Origin: Candidatus Micrarchaeia archaeon
Lineage (GTDB): Archaea > Micrarchaeota > Micrarchaeia > CAILAH01
DNA: 39,388 nt
Direction of reading: 5' to 3'
Assembly: GCA_038740245.1 (NCBI GenBank)
Contig: JAVYLZ010000002.1
Span: 1 to 39,388 of the forward strand
The translations under genes were made by a program, and so were the position numbers. Each line of letters starts with the position of its first letter. Within the stretch, counting starts at the first letter, position 1. Shown piece after piece: positions 8,925 to 17,571 of this stretch. The notes under the pieces are model-generated. The model was not told the DNA's origin and made no database searches. It saw nothing but the letters and a program-made list of their open reading frames with translations.

Positions 8925-9959
8925 ATGGACGGCCTTATAATTAACGAGAACGTGCTTTTGCCTGAGTTCCAGCCGGAGCGGCTGCCTGGGAGGGAAGCTG
9001 AGATTGAGGAGATTGCGCATAATTTCAGGCTTGCGTTGGACGGTAGAAGGCCCCAAAACCTGCTTATACACGGGCCCCCGGGCACCGGTAAAACTGCCGT
9101 GCTTAAGTATGTTATTGGGCAACTTGAGGAATACTCGTCCAAAGTAAGGATTGCGTACGTAAACTGCTGGAACGCCGGCACGCGGTACGGTGTGCTTGGC
9201 GAGGTTGCAAGAAAGGTTGGGTTTATATCTCCTATGAAGGGCACCGCTGTTGAGGACCTCCTGCGCAGGATTGCAGAGATATCTGTGAAGCGCGGCGTGT
9301 ACGTTGTGGTGGTGCTTGATGAGATGGACCGCCTTGTGGCAAGCGGCCACGGTGATGTGCTTTACGATTTGAGCAGGATGAACGAGGTGTACGGTGCAAA
9401 AGTGAGCATTGTCGGGGTTGTAAACGACCTTGGCCTGGTGATGTCGCTTGACCCGCGCATACGCAGCTCGGTCATAAGCAAGGATATTGAGTTTAAGGGG
9501 TATACTGCCCCAGTACTCAAAAGAATACTCGCAGAGCGGGCTAAGTATGCGTTCAGGGCAGTTGATGAAGAAGCGCTTGGTCTGTGCGCTGCACATGCAT
9601 ACAAGTGCGGCGGTGATGCACGCCTCGCAATAAGCCTGCTGCTCACTGCCGGCAGGATTGCCGAGAAAAAAGGAGCCAGGCAGCTAGATGTTGAGTCTGT
9701 AAAGGAGGCCGCCTCACAGAAGAGCTTTGTGCCCAAGCAGGAAAAGGCCGAAGTGGTGCTTGGTGATGTTGAAAAAAAGATTGTTGATGCGCTCAAGAAC
9801 GGGCCTGTGCAGAGCGGGGAACTTTACAAGAAGCTTGATTCAATAAACGAGCGCACGCTTAGGAACTACATATCAAAGCTCATTGAGTCCGGCATAATCA
9901 TTGCCGAGGAGGCAGATGGGAAGGGCAAGAGCAGGATGCTTAGGCTGAAAGGCAAGTAG
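8925..9959 (+). CDS. cdc6: Cdc6/Orc1 family replication initiator
   Basis: L.PEFQPERLPGRE, Walker A GPPGTGKT, YVNC, Walker B LDEMD, LDPRIRS, GDARLAI, C-terminal wHTH; start moved to ATG 8925. Confidence 0.93.
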   Translation: MDGLIINENVLLPEFQPERLPGREAEIEEIAHNFRLALDGRRPQNLLIHGPPGTGKTAVLKYVIGQLEEYSSKVRIAYVNCWNAGTRYGVLGEVARKVGFISPMKGTAVEDLLRRIAEISVKRGVYVVVVLDEMDRLVASGHGDVLYDLSRMNEVYGAKVSIVGVVNDLGLVMSLDPRIRSSVISKDIEFKGYTAPVLKRILAERAKYAFRAVDEEALGLCAAHAYKCGGDARLAISLLLTAGRIAEKKGARQLDVESVKEAASQKSFVPKQEKAEVVLGDVEKKIVDALKNGPVQSGELYKKLDSINERTLRNYISKLIESGIIIAEEADGKGKSRMLRLKGK

Positions 9960-9995
9960 CACTGCTTTTAAAATGTGCAACTCTAATTTTACCTT

Positions 9996-11033
9996 ATGGA
10001 TGCAGAGCGCAAATTTCAATTAATCACACGCGGGCTTGAGGAAGTGGTGGGCGAAGATGAGCTGCGGGAGATACTTGCACATAGGAACCTGAAGGTGTAC
10101 TGGGGCACTGCCACCACTGGAAAGCCTCACGTCGGTTATTTTGTCCCCATAATGAAGATTGCTGACATGCTTGAGGCTGAATGCGAGGTCACAATACTTT
10201 TTGCGGACCTGCATGCATACCTTGACAACATGAAAACGTCATGGGAACTGCTTGGTAAAAGAACCGAGTATTACCAGCACATAATAAAGGGCCTTCTAGA
10301 AGTTGCAGGGGTTGACATTTCCAGGCTCAGGTTTGTGCGGGGCACTGATATTCAGCTCAGCAGGGAGTATACGCTTGATATGTACCGGCTGTCAACACTT
10401 ACGAGCGTGCATGATGCCAAAAAAGCAGGTGCCGAAGTTGTTAAGCAAGTCGAGTCCCCAAAGATTGGCGGTATATTATATCCTCTTTTGCAGGCGCTTG
10501 ATGAGCAGTATCTGGGTGTTGATGCGCAGTTCGGCGGGCTTGACCAGCGCAAAATACTTATGTACTCACGTGAATACCTGCCAAAGCTCGGATATAAGAA
10601 AAGGATCCACCTGATGAACCCGATGCTGCCCGGCCTTTCAGGTGGCAAGATGAGCTCCTCAGAGCCGGAGTCAAAAATAGACCTACTTGACGACGAGGAG
10701 ACGATAAAGAAGAAATTTATGAAGGCATTCTGCCCGGAGGGTGTTGTTGAGGGCAATGGTGTGCTTGCGATGTGCAAGTTTGTCCTGTTCCCTATGCTTG
10801 CCAGGAAAGGAAAGGATAAGCTTGTTGTTGAGAGGCCTGCTAAGTTTGGGGGCAGCATTGAATTTGCATCCTACGAAGAGCTTGAGAAGGCATATGTCGG
10901 GAAAAATGTGCACCCAATGGATCTTAAGGCAAGTGTTGCAAGGGAGTTTGCAGCAATCTTGGGGCCCATGAGGGAACGTTTTGCCAGCCCTGATATGCAA
11001 AGGCTTGTGAAAGAGGCCTATCCAGAGGGATAG
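9996..11033 (+). CDS. tyrS: Tyrosine--tRNA ligase (archaeal/eukaryote-like)
   Basis: [50 protein letters not shown]. Confidence 0.97.
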   Translation: MDAERKFQLITRGLEEVVGEDELREILAHRNLKVYWGTATTGKPHVGYFVPIMKIADMLEAECEVTILFADLHAYLDNMKTSWELLGKRTEYYQHIIKGLLEVAGVDISRLRFVRGTDIQLSREYTLDMYRLSTLTSVHDAKKAGAEVVKQVESPKIGGILYPLLQALDEQYLGVDAQFGGLDQRKILMYSREYLPKLGYKKRIHLMNPMLPGLSGGKMSSSEPESKIDLLDDEETIKKKFMKAFCPEGVVEGNGVLAMCKFVLFPMLARKGKDKLVVERPAKFGGSIEFASYEELEKAYVGKNVHPMDLKASVAREFAAILGPMRERFASPDMQRLVKEAYPEG

Positions 11034-11089
11034 CTGCCGTGCGATTGTGCCCTGCGCATAATTAATAATGTTGGCCGCTATATCCGGTT

Positions 11090-11599
11090 ATGGCAGAAGA
11101 ATACGGACCCAAGGGGAGCCGCAGAAGCTTCCTATTTATACTGCTTGCGAGCATAATCACATTTGGCATCTACTGGATTTACTGGTTTTACAAGACAAAC
11201 TCGGAAATAAAGGAATATGGGAAAATGGGGCACTCGCCGGGCATGCGGGTGGCGATGCTGCTTTTTGGATGGATATTCCTAGCAATACCCACAATTTATG
11301 CGTACTACGCATGGCTGAGGGATGTAAATGCCCTTGCGCAAAGAGTTGGTGTAGGGGGGCTTAGCCCTTTTGGGAATTTAATACTGCTGTTCGTGCCATT
11401 TGGCAGCCTTTACACCACATATAGGGTACAGGCGGTGCTCAATAATATCTGGGAGGGGCCGACCAAAGCGGGAACGCCCACAGATGAACCCGAAGTTGGC
11501 GCGCCGCCAAATGTCCTTCTGGTATGCCCAAAGTGCAAGACACGGAACCCGGAGGAAAATAACTACTGCAAGAAGTGCGGTGAAAAACTGGGTGGTTAA
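11090..11599 (+). CDS. DUF4234-like membrane protein with C-terminal zinc ribbon
   Basis: SIITFGIYWIYWFYKTNSE..., Q..LN; CPKC...NYCKKCG. Confidence 0.8.
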   Translation: MAEEYGPKGSRRSFLFILLASIITFGIYWIYWFYKTNSEIKEYGKMGHSPGMRVAMLLFGWIFLAIPTIYAYYAWLRDVNALAQRVGVGGLSPFGNLILLFVPFGSLYTTYRVQAVLNNIWEGPTKAGTPTDEPEVGAPPNVLLVCPKCKTRNPEENNYCKKCGEKLGG

Positions 11600-12818
11600 T
11601 CGCTTCCAGGTTTTTTGCCTTGCCCTGTATTATTCGGCTCCTGCTCAGGCCTCTTGCAATGAAATAGGTTATGCTTGTAATCACAACCGAAACGATTATC
11701 ACTGCGAAAACAATGTCCGAAAATGTCTCCGAGCCGGGCACGCCAAGCGAGGCGGGATGCCTGCGAGCAATGCTGCAGAAAGGCCGCGTGCAGAAAGCGA
11801 TGAGATTATCAGCCTTTTCCTTCCTGCTGAAACCCGGCCAAAGAGCAAGGCGTGCACTGCCAACGGCCTGAGTGCAACAACCGCGATGCCGATCCCCAAC
11901 ATAATTGCATCTGTATTTTCAAGTGAAACTATGATGCCCAGGTATACCAAAAAGAATGTCCTTATGAAAAAGGAATCTCTTCATGGAACTGCTTTATGGG
12001 GATGGAATCTATATTGAACTGGTCGTTGCCTAACTTTTGCGACAGGTACCATATGTTGCCTATGACAAGGCCAAATGCAAGTGCCGTTATCGCATCGTTG
12101 CCGCCGAGCATCTGGCTGATATAATACGTTATGAATATGAACCCAAGTGTAAGGATATAATCAACAGAAGTCCTGCCGCCGCGCTTGATGATGAACAGCC
12201 ACAGCAAGGCGCCTATTATGCCGACAACCATGCCTCTTGAAAATGCCGTGAATATCTGGCGGGTTATATTCGCAAAAAAGTTCTCCTGCGTGCCGTTGCC
12301 AAGCGCAACGCCGATTAGCGCAATTGCAACCACTATGCATAAGACATCCGTTGCAATTGATTCCAGTGATGCCAAATCCTTAAGTTCCCTGCGTGCGCCT
12401 GAAGCCTCTATTATGGGGATGATTATTGGCGAAGATGTCCCGCCAACTATCGCCCCGAGTATCGCCCCGGTCACCCACTCCCACCCAAACAAATAATGCA
12501 GGCCTACTGAAAGCAGGGCTGTTGAGAGCAATACAAGGCCAAGCGCCAATAAAAATGCCTGCGGGCCTTCCCTGAAAAAATCGGATATGCGCATATTAAG
12601 CCGCCCTGGAAAAGGATTATTATGAGTGCAATCGGCGCGAACGGGCTTGCATACTCTGAGAGCGTTTTTGAAGGGAGCGTATGCGTAAGGGGCCCTAGCA
12701 AAACCCCTATCGCCAGGAGTATGAGCACACTGGGGATTGCAAATCTCCTAAATATTACCTCGGCAAAGAAGCCTGTGAATAGGATTATGCCCATTAGGGC
12801 AATCGCTTCCTCAACAAG
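11596..12818 (-). pseudogene. Cation:proton antiporter (CPA1/NhaP family), split by about four single-base deletions
   Basis: Fragments join into one protein: IILFQGGL|NMRISD, GGTSS, LESIATD, FHEEI|SFFIRTFFLVYLG, ARGLSAALLAGIP|ASLGVPG; breaks near 12598, 11974, 11754 and probably 11653. Confidence 0.8.
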
Positions 12819-12839
12819 AACCTCGCTTGAATTTAGGTG

Positions 12840-12853
12840 TAAATAAATAAAAA
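12840..12853 (-). terminator. U-rich terminator after tRNA-Trp
   Basis: Minus strand reads TTTTTATTTATTT just after the tRNA 3' end. Confidence 0.55.
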
Positions 12854-12869
12854 GTGGGGCCACAGGGAT

Positions 12870-12910
12870 TTATTCGTTCCATGTGCAAAGGGCCCCATGG
12901 AGCCCTTCCT
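12870..12910 (-). other. 41-nt non-canonical tRNA intron at position 58/59 (T-loop)
   Basis: BHB-like junction: central helix GTTC/GAAT with AAA bulges on both strands; internal hairpin AAGGGCTC/GGGCCCTT. Confidence 0.8.
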
Positions 12911-12930
12911 TTGAACCCCGATCTACTGGT

Positions 12931-13087
12931 TTCTTCTTGCACAATCACGGCACAATTCTGCCATGAGGCACGCTCCAGTTTACATCCAATCATAGGAACT
13001 TTTGGTGAAGCTTTTCGGGCTCCTAAATTGTTCCTCAGTAAACCAGCCCACCTGTGTGGGTTGCAAAGGGCCGTGCAGGCCCTTTGA
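12931..13087 (-). ncRNA. 157-nt tRNA intron at 37/38 with box C/D-type guide elements
   Basis: Relaxed BHB (CTCC/GAAG); GCTGGTTTA-CTGA (13047-13035) places C39 at the +5 position; ACTGGAGC (12979-12972) is complementary to the anticodon loop; C-like ATGATTG/TGGATG. Confidence 0.7.
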
Positions 13088-13151
13088 CTGGAGCCAGCCG
13101 TGTTGCCTGGTTGCACCATGGCCCCAACGCTGGAATAATAGGCTCGGCTAT

Positions 13152-13159
13152 TATTTAAA
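13152..13159. promoter_or_regulatory. TATA box shared by tRNA-Trp (-) and nuclease gene (+)
   Basis: TATTTAAA about 27 nt from tRNA G1 and about 28 nt from ATG 13187. Confidence 0.6.
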
Positions 13160-13186
13160 CGTTTAATGAGATTCTTGCTTGTGAGA

Positions 13187-13894
13187 ATGCCTTTTCCCTT
13201 TATTATGCTGCTTGCACTGCTGATGGGGTGTGCCGGCAGGGAGATTATGGTTGAGAAAGTTATTGATGGGGATACTGTTGAGCTTGGCAACGGCACGCGT
13301 ATACGGCTTGCGGGCATAAATACCCCTGAGAGGGATGAGCCGTGCTATTGGCAGGCTCGGGGTGCGCTTGAAACACTGGCCGGCGGGAAAAAAGCAGGCG
13401 TGAGGGCTCTTGGCAAAGATAAGTACGGGAGAACGCTGGGTGAAGTGTATATCGGCGGGGAGAACATCAACATAAAAATGCTGGAATTTGGCCTTGCCAA
13501 CAGGTATTATAGCGAGGGAGTTGATTGGGCGCAATATTCGCGTGCCGAGCAGAAAGGCCGGAGTGCTGGCGGGTGCATGTGGGAGAGGGATGAGGTTTAT
13601 GCGTGTATTGCTGTAAAAAGATCAAATGCGGGTTTTGAGGTGCGCAATGGGTGTAATGTAACTATAGACACACCTGTGATTATAAGGGATACTAGCGCAA
13701 GCCATAGGTTCAAGCGGCACCTTTACCTCGGACCTTATGAGAGTGTTTCCATAACTGAAGGGTGCAATGAAAAAAACGGCACTATTGCACTCTGCCAAAA
13801 CATATTCAATTATAATGGGGATGAGGTTTTCATAATCAATGAGAAAAGCGGAAAGCTGGTTGGGTGGGCCGCCTACGGGATTTACGGGGGTTAG
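13187..13894 (+). CDS. Thermonuclease (SNase) family lipoprotein with C-terminal beta domain
   Basis: VIDGDT, RLAGINTPE, DKYGRTLGEV, GLA; lipobox-like LLMGC; start may be 13166, 13187 or 13205. Confidence 0.88.
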   Translation: MPFPFIMLLALLMGCAGREIMVEKVIDGDTVELGNGTRIRLAGINTPERDEPCYWQARGALETLAGGKKAGVRALGKDKYGRTLGEVYIGGENINIKMLEFGLANRYYSEGVDWAQYSRAEQKGRSAGGCMWERDEVYACIAVKRSNAGFEVRNGCNVTIDTPVIIRDTSASHRFKRHLYLGPYESVSITEGCNEKNGTIALCQNIFNYNGDEVFIINEKSGKLVGWAAYGIYGG

Positions 13895-13898
13895 CCGG

Positions 13899-16196
13899 TT
13901 ATGCAAGCCCCTGCTTTTTCTTAACGTTAAGCAGGTTTACCTCGCGCTCAAGTAGCTTTGGGAACTCCTCCGCCCATTTTGCGTCAACCTTCGCATAGTC
14001 AACATTGCCCTCGGCATCCTCAAACTCGCGCAGCAGGTTGTTTGCAAGCGCAGAAGCGGCAAGCACAAAATCCATCTCAAGCAGCTCGTAATGCCCGTGC
14101 TTTTCGTATGCGCGGTATATCTGAGAATACACCTTGCCCTTGAACGCCGCCTGCATAATCATCTGCTCAGGCGACAGCCCGCGCTCCTCGGACCTGCGCT
14201 TCAGCGCAGGGGGCACAAACTTTATTTTAAGATTCCGCTGCAGCGTTCCAAGGTCGACGTCGTCTATGAGCCACCTGTTAAGCTCAGGGTTGTCAAGGAA
14301 CATCGCGTCAAACGATGAAGTGTCAATGTCGTTTCCTCTTGTAAATGAGAACACCTCCTCAAACTTCTTGTTCTCTATATCACTCTCGTACGCCTTGCCC
14401 AAAAGGCGGTACGTGGCGCTCTTCCTGCCGAATCGCACTTTCTTAAGGAATGTATACCTGTCGGTTGCAAACATGCTTGCGCCGGGTATGCCAAACACCA
14501 GCTCCAGCCTGTCCCTTATATCTTTGAGGCTTTGGGCGTGCAGGTTGTAAAGCACGAATACTCCGGGCTGTGTGTTGAGCAGGTTGATGATGCCTTGTAT
14601 CGCCGCGCGCGAGCGCACTTCGTTGATTATGAGCGCAGCGTCACCCATACGCAGTGAGGCGCTTGTAAGCGCCACAAGTGAAAGTGCCGCGGACGGCCCG
14701 GTGTCTGATTCCTTGTCCGACGCCATTGAGCGCATCACACCTATATGGAACCCGCGCTTGCGGTATGCGGAGACGGGGATTTCTTCAATATCCTGTATGG
14801 GCAGTATGCGCGTCTTTGTGCCTATCGCTATCATCTTGGCTGCAGTGAATGACGTCTTGCCGACGCCTTTTAGCCCAAGGATTGCCTCGGAGCATCCCAG
14901 GTATACCATCATATCATCGTAGCCAGCGAAAAACGCAGACAGCGACCGGTAGTTAAGGTATTCCGCGTAAGTGAACGGCTTCTCCTTCATGAGCCGGAGC
15001 GCACCCTGCCGCTCGCCAAATGTTGCCGGCGGGCCCTGCAAGTGGCATCTCATATTAAGCCGCTTGAGCACAAGGTCAACGATGGGGCTTTGAGGCCCAT
15101 ACACGGCATTTTTGTCTGTCGCCAAAATGTTGTAGAAGAGCTGGTCAACAAGCTTGTTGCTGTACCTGTACACCGTGTGGCATATGCCGAACTTTATGTG
15201 GTCAATATATATCGGAGCATTCTCAGCATCAATGTAAATGTCAGTAACGTTTCGCTTGTCAAGGCATATCACCTCCATGGGCTCGCCAAGACCGGCAACC
15301 CATGATGCGGCGATGCGCCCGAGCACCACCGCCTGCTCGGGTGTTATGGGTATGTTGTTTTCGCCTGCATATTCAACAAAGTGCTTGCGGTATTCGCGCA
15401 TCTTCTCATCAAATACCATGTTGTAGTCCTTGACCTGTATGCCCCTTATGGTGCTCATCTCGCGCTCTATGAGCTTGCGCGCCTCTTCAACAAGCCGGGG
15501 GTCAATGCTCTCCTCAATCTTGTTCTCTATAACATACCACGGTGACTCAGAGCCGGGCACATCATACATCGTTATTGTGTAGCCGTAGTCAAGCTCATAC
15601 CTTGCACCCGGCTTGTCCGACGGCTTGGATCCCTCGGGCAGCAGCAGCTCAAGCGAGTCAACATACTTCATTATTTTCATGTTGAGCAGTGAAATGAATG
15701 CCTGGCGCAAATCACCCTTCTGCTTAACCAGCGCATACATCTTGGTTTCCTGCAGCTTCTTGAGTATCCCCTTAAGCCATGCCATATAGTTCTTGTATGC
15801 CTCGTAAAACGCCGCCTTGGTGGGCTGGGGCTCATTGTACTCAAGTATTGTTTGCTCGGCTATGAGCGGGTTTGCAAGCAAGTCCTCATATATTTTTGCA
15901 AGCGTCTTGCGCCTCTGGTCATAAGCATCATCATCCTCCCTGCCGTAAAGCTGCTTGTTCAGCACTAGCTTCTCAACCTGCTTTATGAACTTGACATATG
16001 ACATTATGATTTCAACCTTTTCTCCCGCAAGCTCAAACACCAGCTGCTCCTCGTACCGTATCTTCTCAAAATCCGACTTTGTAAGCGTGGCCATGGCCCT
16101 CAGGTTATTGCTTATGAAGTCCGGGCTCATGAACTCGTACGGTGAATTTGTGCAGTCAAAAACAAGGACATTGCCCTTTATCACTGTTTCGCACAT
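13899..16196 (-). CDS. Type II/IV secretion (VirB11/TadA/FlaI-like) ATPase with long N-terminal extension
   Basis: VTDIYID, IYIDH..FG.C.T, Walker A GLKGVGKT, Asp box DIEE, LRM...INEVR, His box LHA; start moved to MCETVIK. Confidence 0.8.
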   Translation of the reverse strand: MCETVIKGNVLVFDCTNSPYEFMSPDFISNNLRAMATLTKSDFEKIRYEEQLVFELAGEKVEIIMSYVKFIKQVEKLVLNKQLYGREDDDAYDQRRKTLAKIYEDLLANPLIAEQTILEYNEPQPTKAAFYEAYKNYMAWLKGILKKLQETKMYALVKQKGDLRQAFISLLNMKIMKYVDSLELLLPEGSKPSDKPGARYELDYGYTITMYDVPGSESPWYVIENKIEESIDPRLVEEARKLIEREMSTIRGIQVKDYNMVFDEKMREYRKHFVEYAGENNIPITPEQAVVLGRIAASWVAGLGEPMEVICLDKRNVTDIYIDAENAPIYIDHIKFGICHTVYRYSNKLVDQLFYNILATDKNAVYGPQSPIVDLVLKRLNMRCHLQGPPATFGERQGALRLMKEKPFTYAEYLNYRSLSAFFAGYDDMMVYLGCSEAILGLKGVGKTSFTAAKMIAIGTKTRILPIQDIEEIPVSAYRKRGFHIGVMRSMASDKESDTGPSAALSLVALTSASLRMGDAALIINEVRSRAAIQGIINLLNTQPGVFVLYNLHAQSLKDIRDRLELVFGIPGASMFATDRYTFLKKVRFGRKSATYRLLGKAYESDIENKKFEEVFSFTRGNDIDTSSFDAMFLDNPELNRWLIDDVDLGTLQRNLKIKFVPPALKRRSEERGLSPEQMIMQAAFKGKVYSQIYRAYEKHGHYELLEMDFVLAASALANNLLREFEDAEGNVDYAKVDAKWAEEFPKLLEREVNLLNVKKKQGLA

Positions 16197-16266
16197 GATA
16201 AGTGTTTGGGATGAAACTATAAAAAGAATTGCATTGAATATAGCAGCAGTAACATGAGGTGGTTGC

Positions 16267-16632
16267 ATGGCACTTGTGCCTTATGACTTGAAAGTGGAGC
16301 TGTCGCCCCTTAGGCTCAAGAAGGGCGATGAAAGGCCCGTTACAATGAAAATACGGGTGAAAAACCTTGAGCAGCAGGAGAATCTCACGAGCATACTTGT
16401 TGAGATACCGTCAACTGTCGGCTTCGACAAGACCGGCTTTGTGAGCAGGAAGGAAATACGTGTTGGCAACATCGCGCCAAATGAGGAGAAGGTGTTTGAC
16501 GTTGACCTTTTCTCGCACCAGAAGACAAATACGGGCTCCTATGTGATACGTGTAATTGCAAACAAGCACTACAGGGGATACTCGCACGTGTTCGCCAACG
16601 CGGTAAAGGAAGTGACATTAAGGATTGTCTAA
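16267..16632 (+). CDS. Small beta-sandwich (Ig/CARDB-like) protein with no signal peptide
   Basis: SD GAGGTGG; alternating strands, V.N, VGNIAPNEEK.F, G.Y.IRV. Confidence 0.75.
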   Translation: MALVPYDLKVELSPLRLKKGDERPVTMKIRVKNLEQQENLTSILVEIPSTVGFDKTGFVSRKEIRVGNIAPNEEKVFDVDLFSHQKTNTGSYVIRVIANKHYRGYSHVFANAVKEVTLRIV

Positions 16633-16892
16633 GCCTCCTTGAGAGCGGCCATAAGCTGGCTCACGAGTGAGGCCACATTTTTGCCTTTTTCAGTAAGCAC
16701 CACAATCTTTTTTCTCCCGGCCACACGGTAATCAATTATGCCAAGGTTGTATAGTTGGGTGAGGATGTTTAATGTGTGCAGGTAGGTCAGGCCGGTCTCA
16801 CGTGAAAGCGAGGATATGTACCATTCCTTTGATGAATCCCTTAGGGCAAGCATAAGCGCTATCGGCCTTTCCCTTATAAACGGGATTATCAT
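16629..16892 (-). CDS. Winged helix-turn-helix DNA-binding protein
   Basis: WYISSLSRETGLTYLH..NIL..L...GII...GRKKIVVLTEKG. Confidence 0.85.
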   Translation of the reverse strand: MIIPFIRERPIALMLALRDSSKEWYISSLSRETGLTYLHTLNILTQLYNLGIIDYRVAGRKKIVVLTEKGKNVASLVSQLMAALKEA

Positions 16893-16951
16893 GGCATAAA
16901 GTTGGCAATATAGCTTAAATACTTTACCCTGAAATTATTGTTGGTGGTAAA

Positions 16952-17206
16952 ATGGCTTTGAACATAGCGGACCTTTATGGCATGGACATCTTCACCGCGA
17001 ACGGCAAGTTTGTCGGGAAAATACAAGATGTTATTGTGGACTTGGAGAAGGGCGAGGTTATACGCATCGCAATGGAGCCCCTCAACAACATAAGCTCAAG
17101 GGAGGAGGCGCGTGAAGTGCTCAAGAACAAGAGCATACTTTACAAGAACGTGCGCTCTGTTGGGGATGTAGTAATCATAGACGACAATTACAAGGAGACA
17201 AGATAG
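16952..17206 (+). CDS. PRC-barrel protein (archaeal CdpB-like cell division family)
   Basis: LYGMDIFT.NGKFVGKIQDVIVD...V.SVGDVVII; SD GGTGG. Confidence 0.88.
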   Translation: MALNIADLYGMDIFTANGKFVGKIQDVIVDLEKGEVIRIAMEPLNNISSREEAREVLKNKSILYKNVRSVGDVVIIDDNYKETR

Positions 17207-17255
17207 CTTATTTTGAATACCTTTTTATATTACTTCTCATTTTACAGGCTAGATA

Positions 17256-17273
17256 GAGGGGTCATTTCCAGTA
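17256..17273 (+). repeat. Left arm of 18-bp inverted repeat
   Basis: GAGGGGTCATTTCCAGTA; 17/18 identical to the reverse complement of 17572-17589. Confidence 0.9.
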
Positions 17274-17525
17274 TTAATCCGACTTCAGGATTTCTATGCT
17301 CCTTATTTTGCATTTATATACGGAAACATCGCCTTTAAACTGGAGGAAGAAGGAATCAAGTATTCTTTCATGCTCTTTTGTGGTAACAATAACGGATTTT
17401 GTTGTTCTTCTTATAAACGGCTCCATTTTTGATAAATTATAGTAAAATTTTCGCTTTATTTTGTATATCTCTGATTTGTTTTTTGGGATTATGTCGTAAA
17501 CGTACATTGTGTCATAGCGTGACAT
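17274..17525 (-). CDS. 83-aa basic protein, Cas2/VapD-like ferredoxin fold (stand-alone)
   Basis: N-terminal strand YVYDI, helix KIKRKFYYNL, T.KSVIV (cf. Q.SV in Cas2), final strand V.VYK; AT-rich; family call is tentative. Confidence 0.6.
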   Translation of the reverse strand: MSRYDTMYVYDIIPKNKSEIYKIKRKFYYNLSKMEPFIRRTTKSVIVTTKEHERILDSFFLQFKGDVSVYKCKIRSIEILKSD

Positions 17526-17526
17526 A

Positions 17527-17546
17527 TTTGTATCTATAGATACAAA
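17527..17546. promoter_or_regulatory. Perfect 20-bp palindrome (operator-like)
   Basis: TTTGTATCTATAGATACAAA, between the minus-strand TATA (17549-17555) and the ATG at 17525. Confidence 0.8.
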
Positions 17547-17571
17547 CGCTTATATTTCTATACTATAAGAT

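Larger units (their letters stand above)
12855..13125 (-). tRNA. trnW: tRNA-Trp(CCA) with two introns: exons 13125-13088, 12930-12911, 12869-12855
   Basis: Acceptor GGGGCCA/TGGCCCC+A; anticodon stem GCTGG/CCAGT with CCA at 13091-13089; T-stem CGGGG/CCCTG; T-loop TTCAAAT is restored after splicing; no encoded CCA end. Confidence 0.92.

Noticed and set aside
8299-9995. Origin immediately beside cdc6
   Set aside because: Flanking gaps are tiny and show no ORB-like repeats
12811-13317. 168-aa (-) and 77-aa (+) ORFs
   Set aside because: They run across the intron-containing tRNA-Trp and have no protein-like motifs
17521-17570. Xer/dif site
   Set aside because: The palindrome has no 6-bp spacer and does not fit the 11-6-11 dif layout
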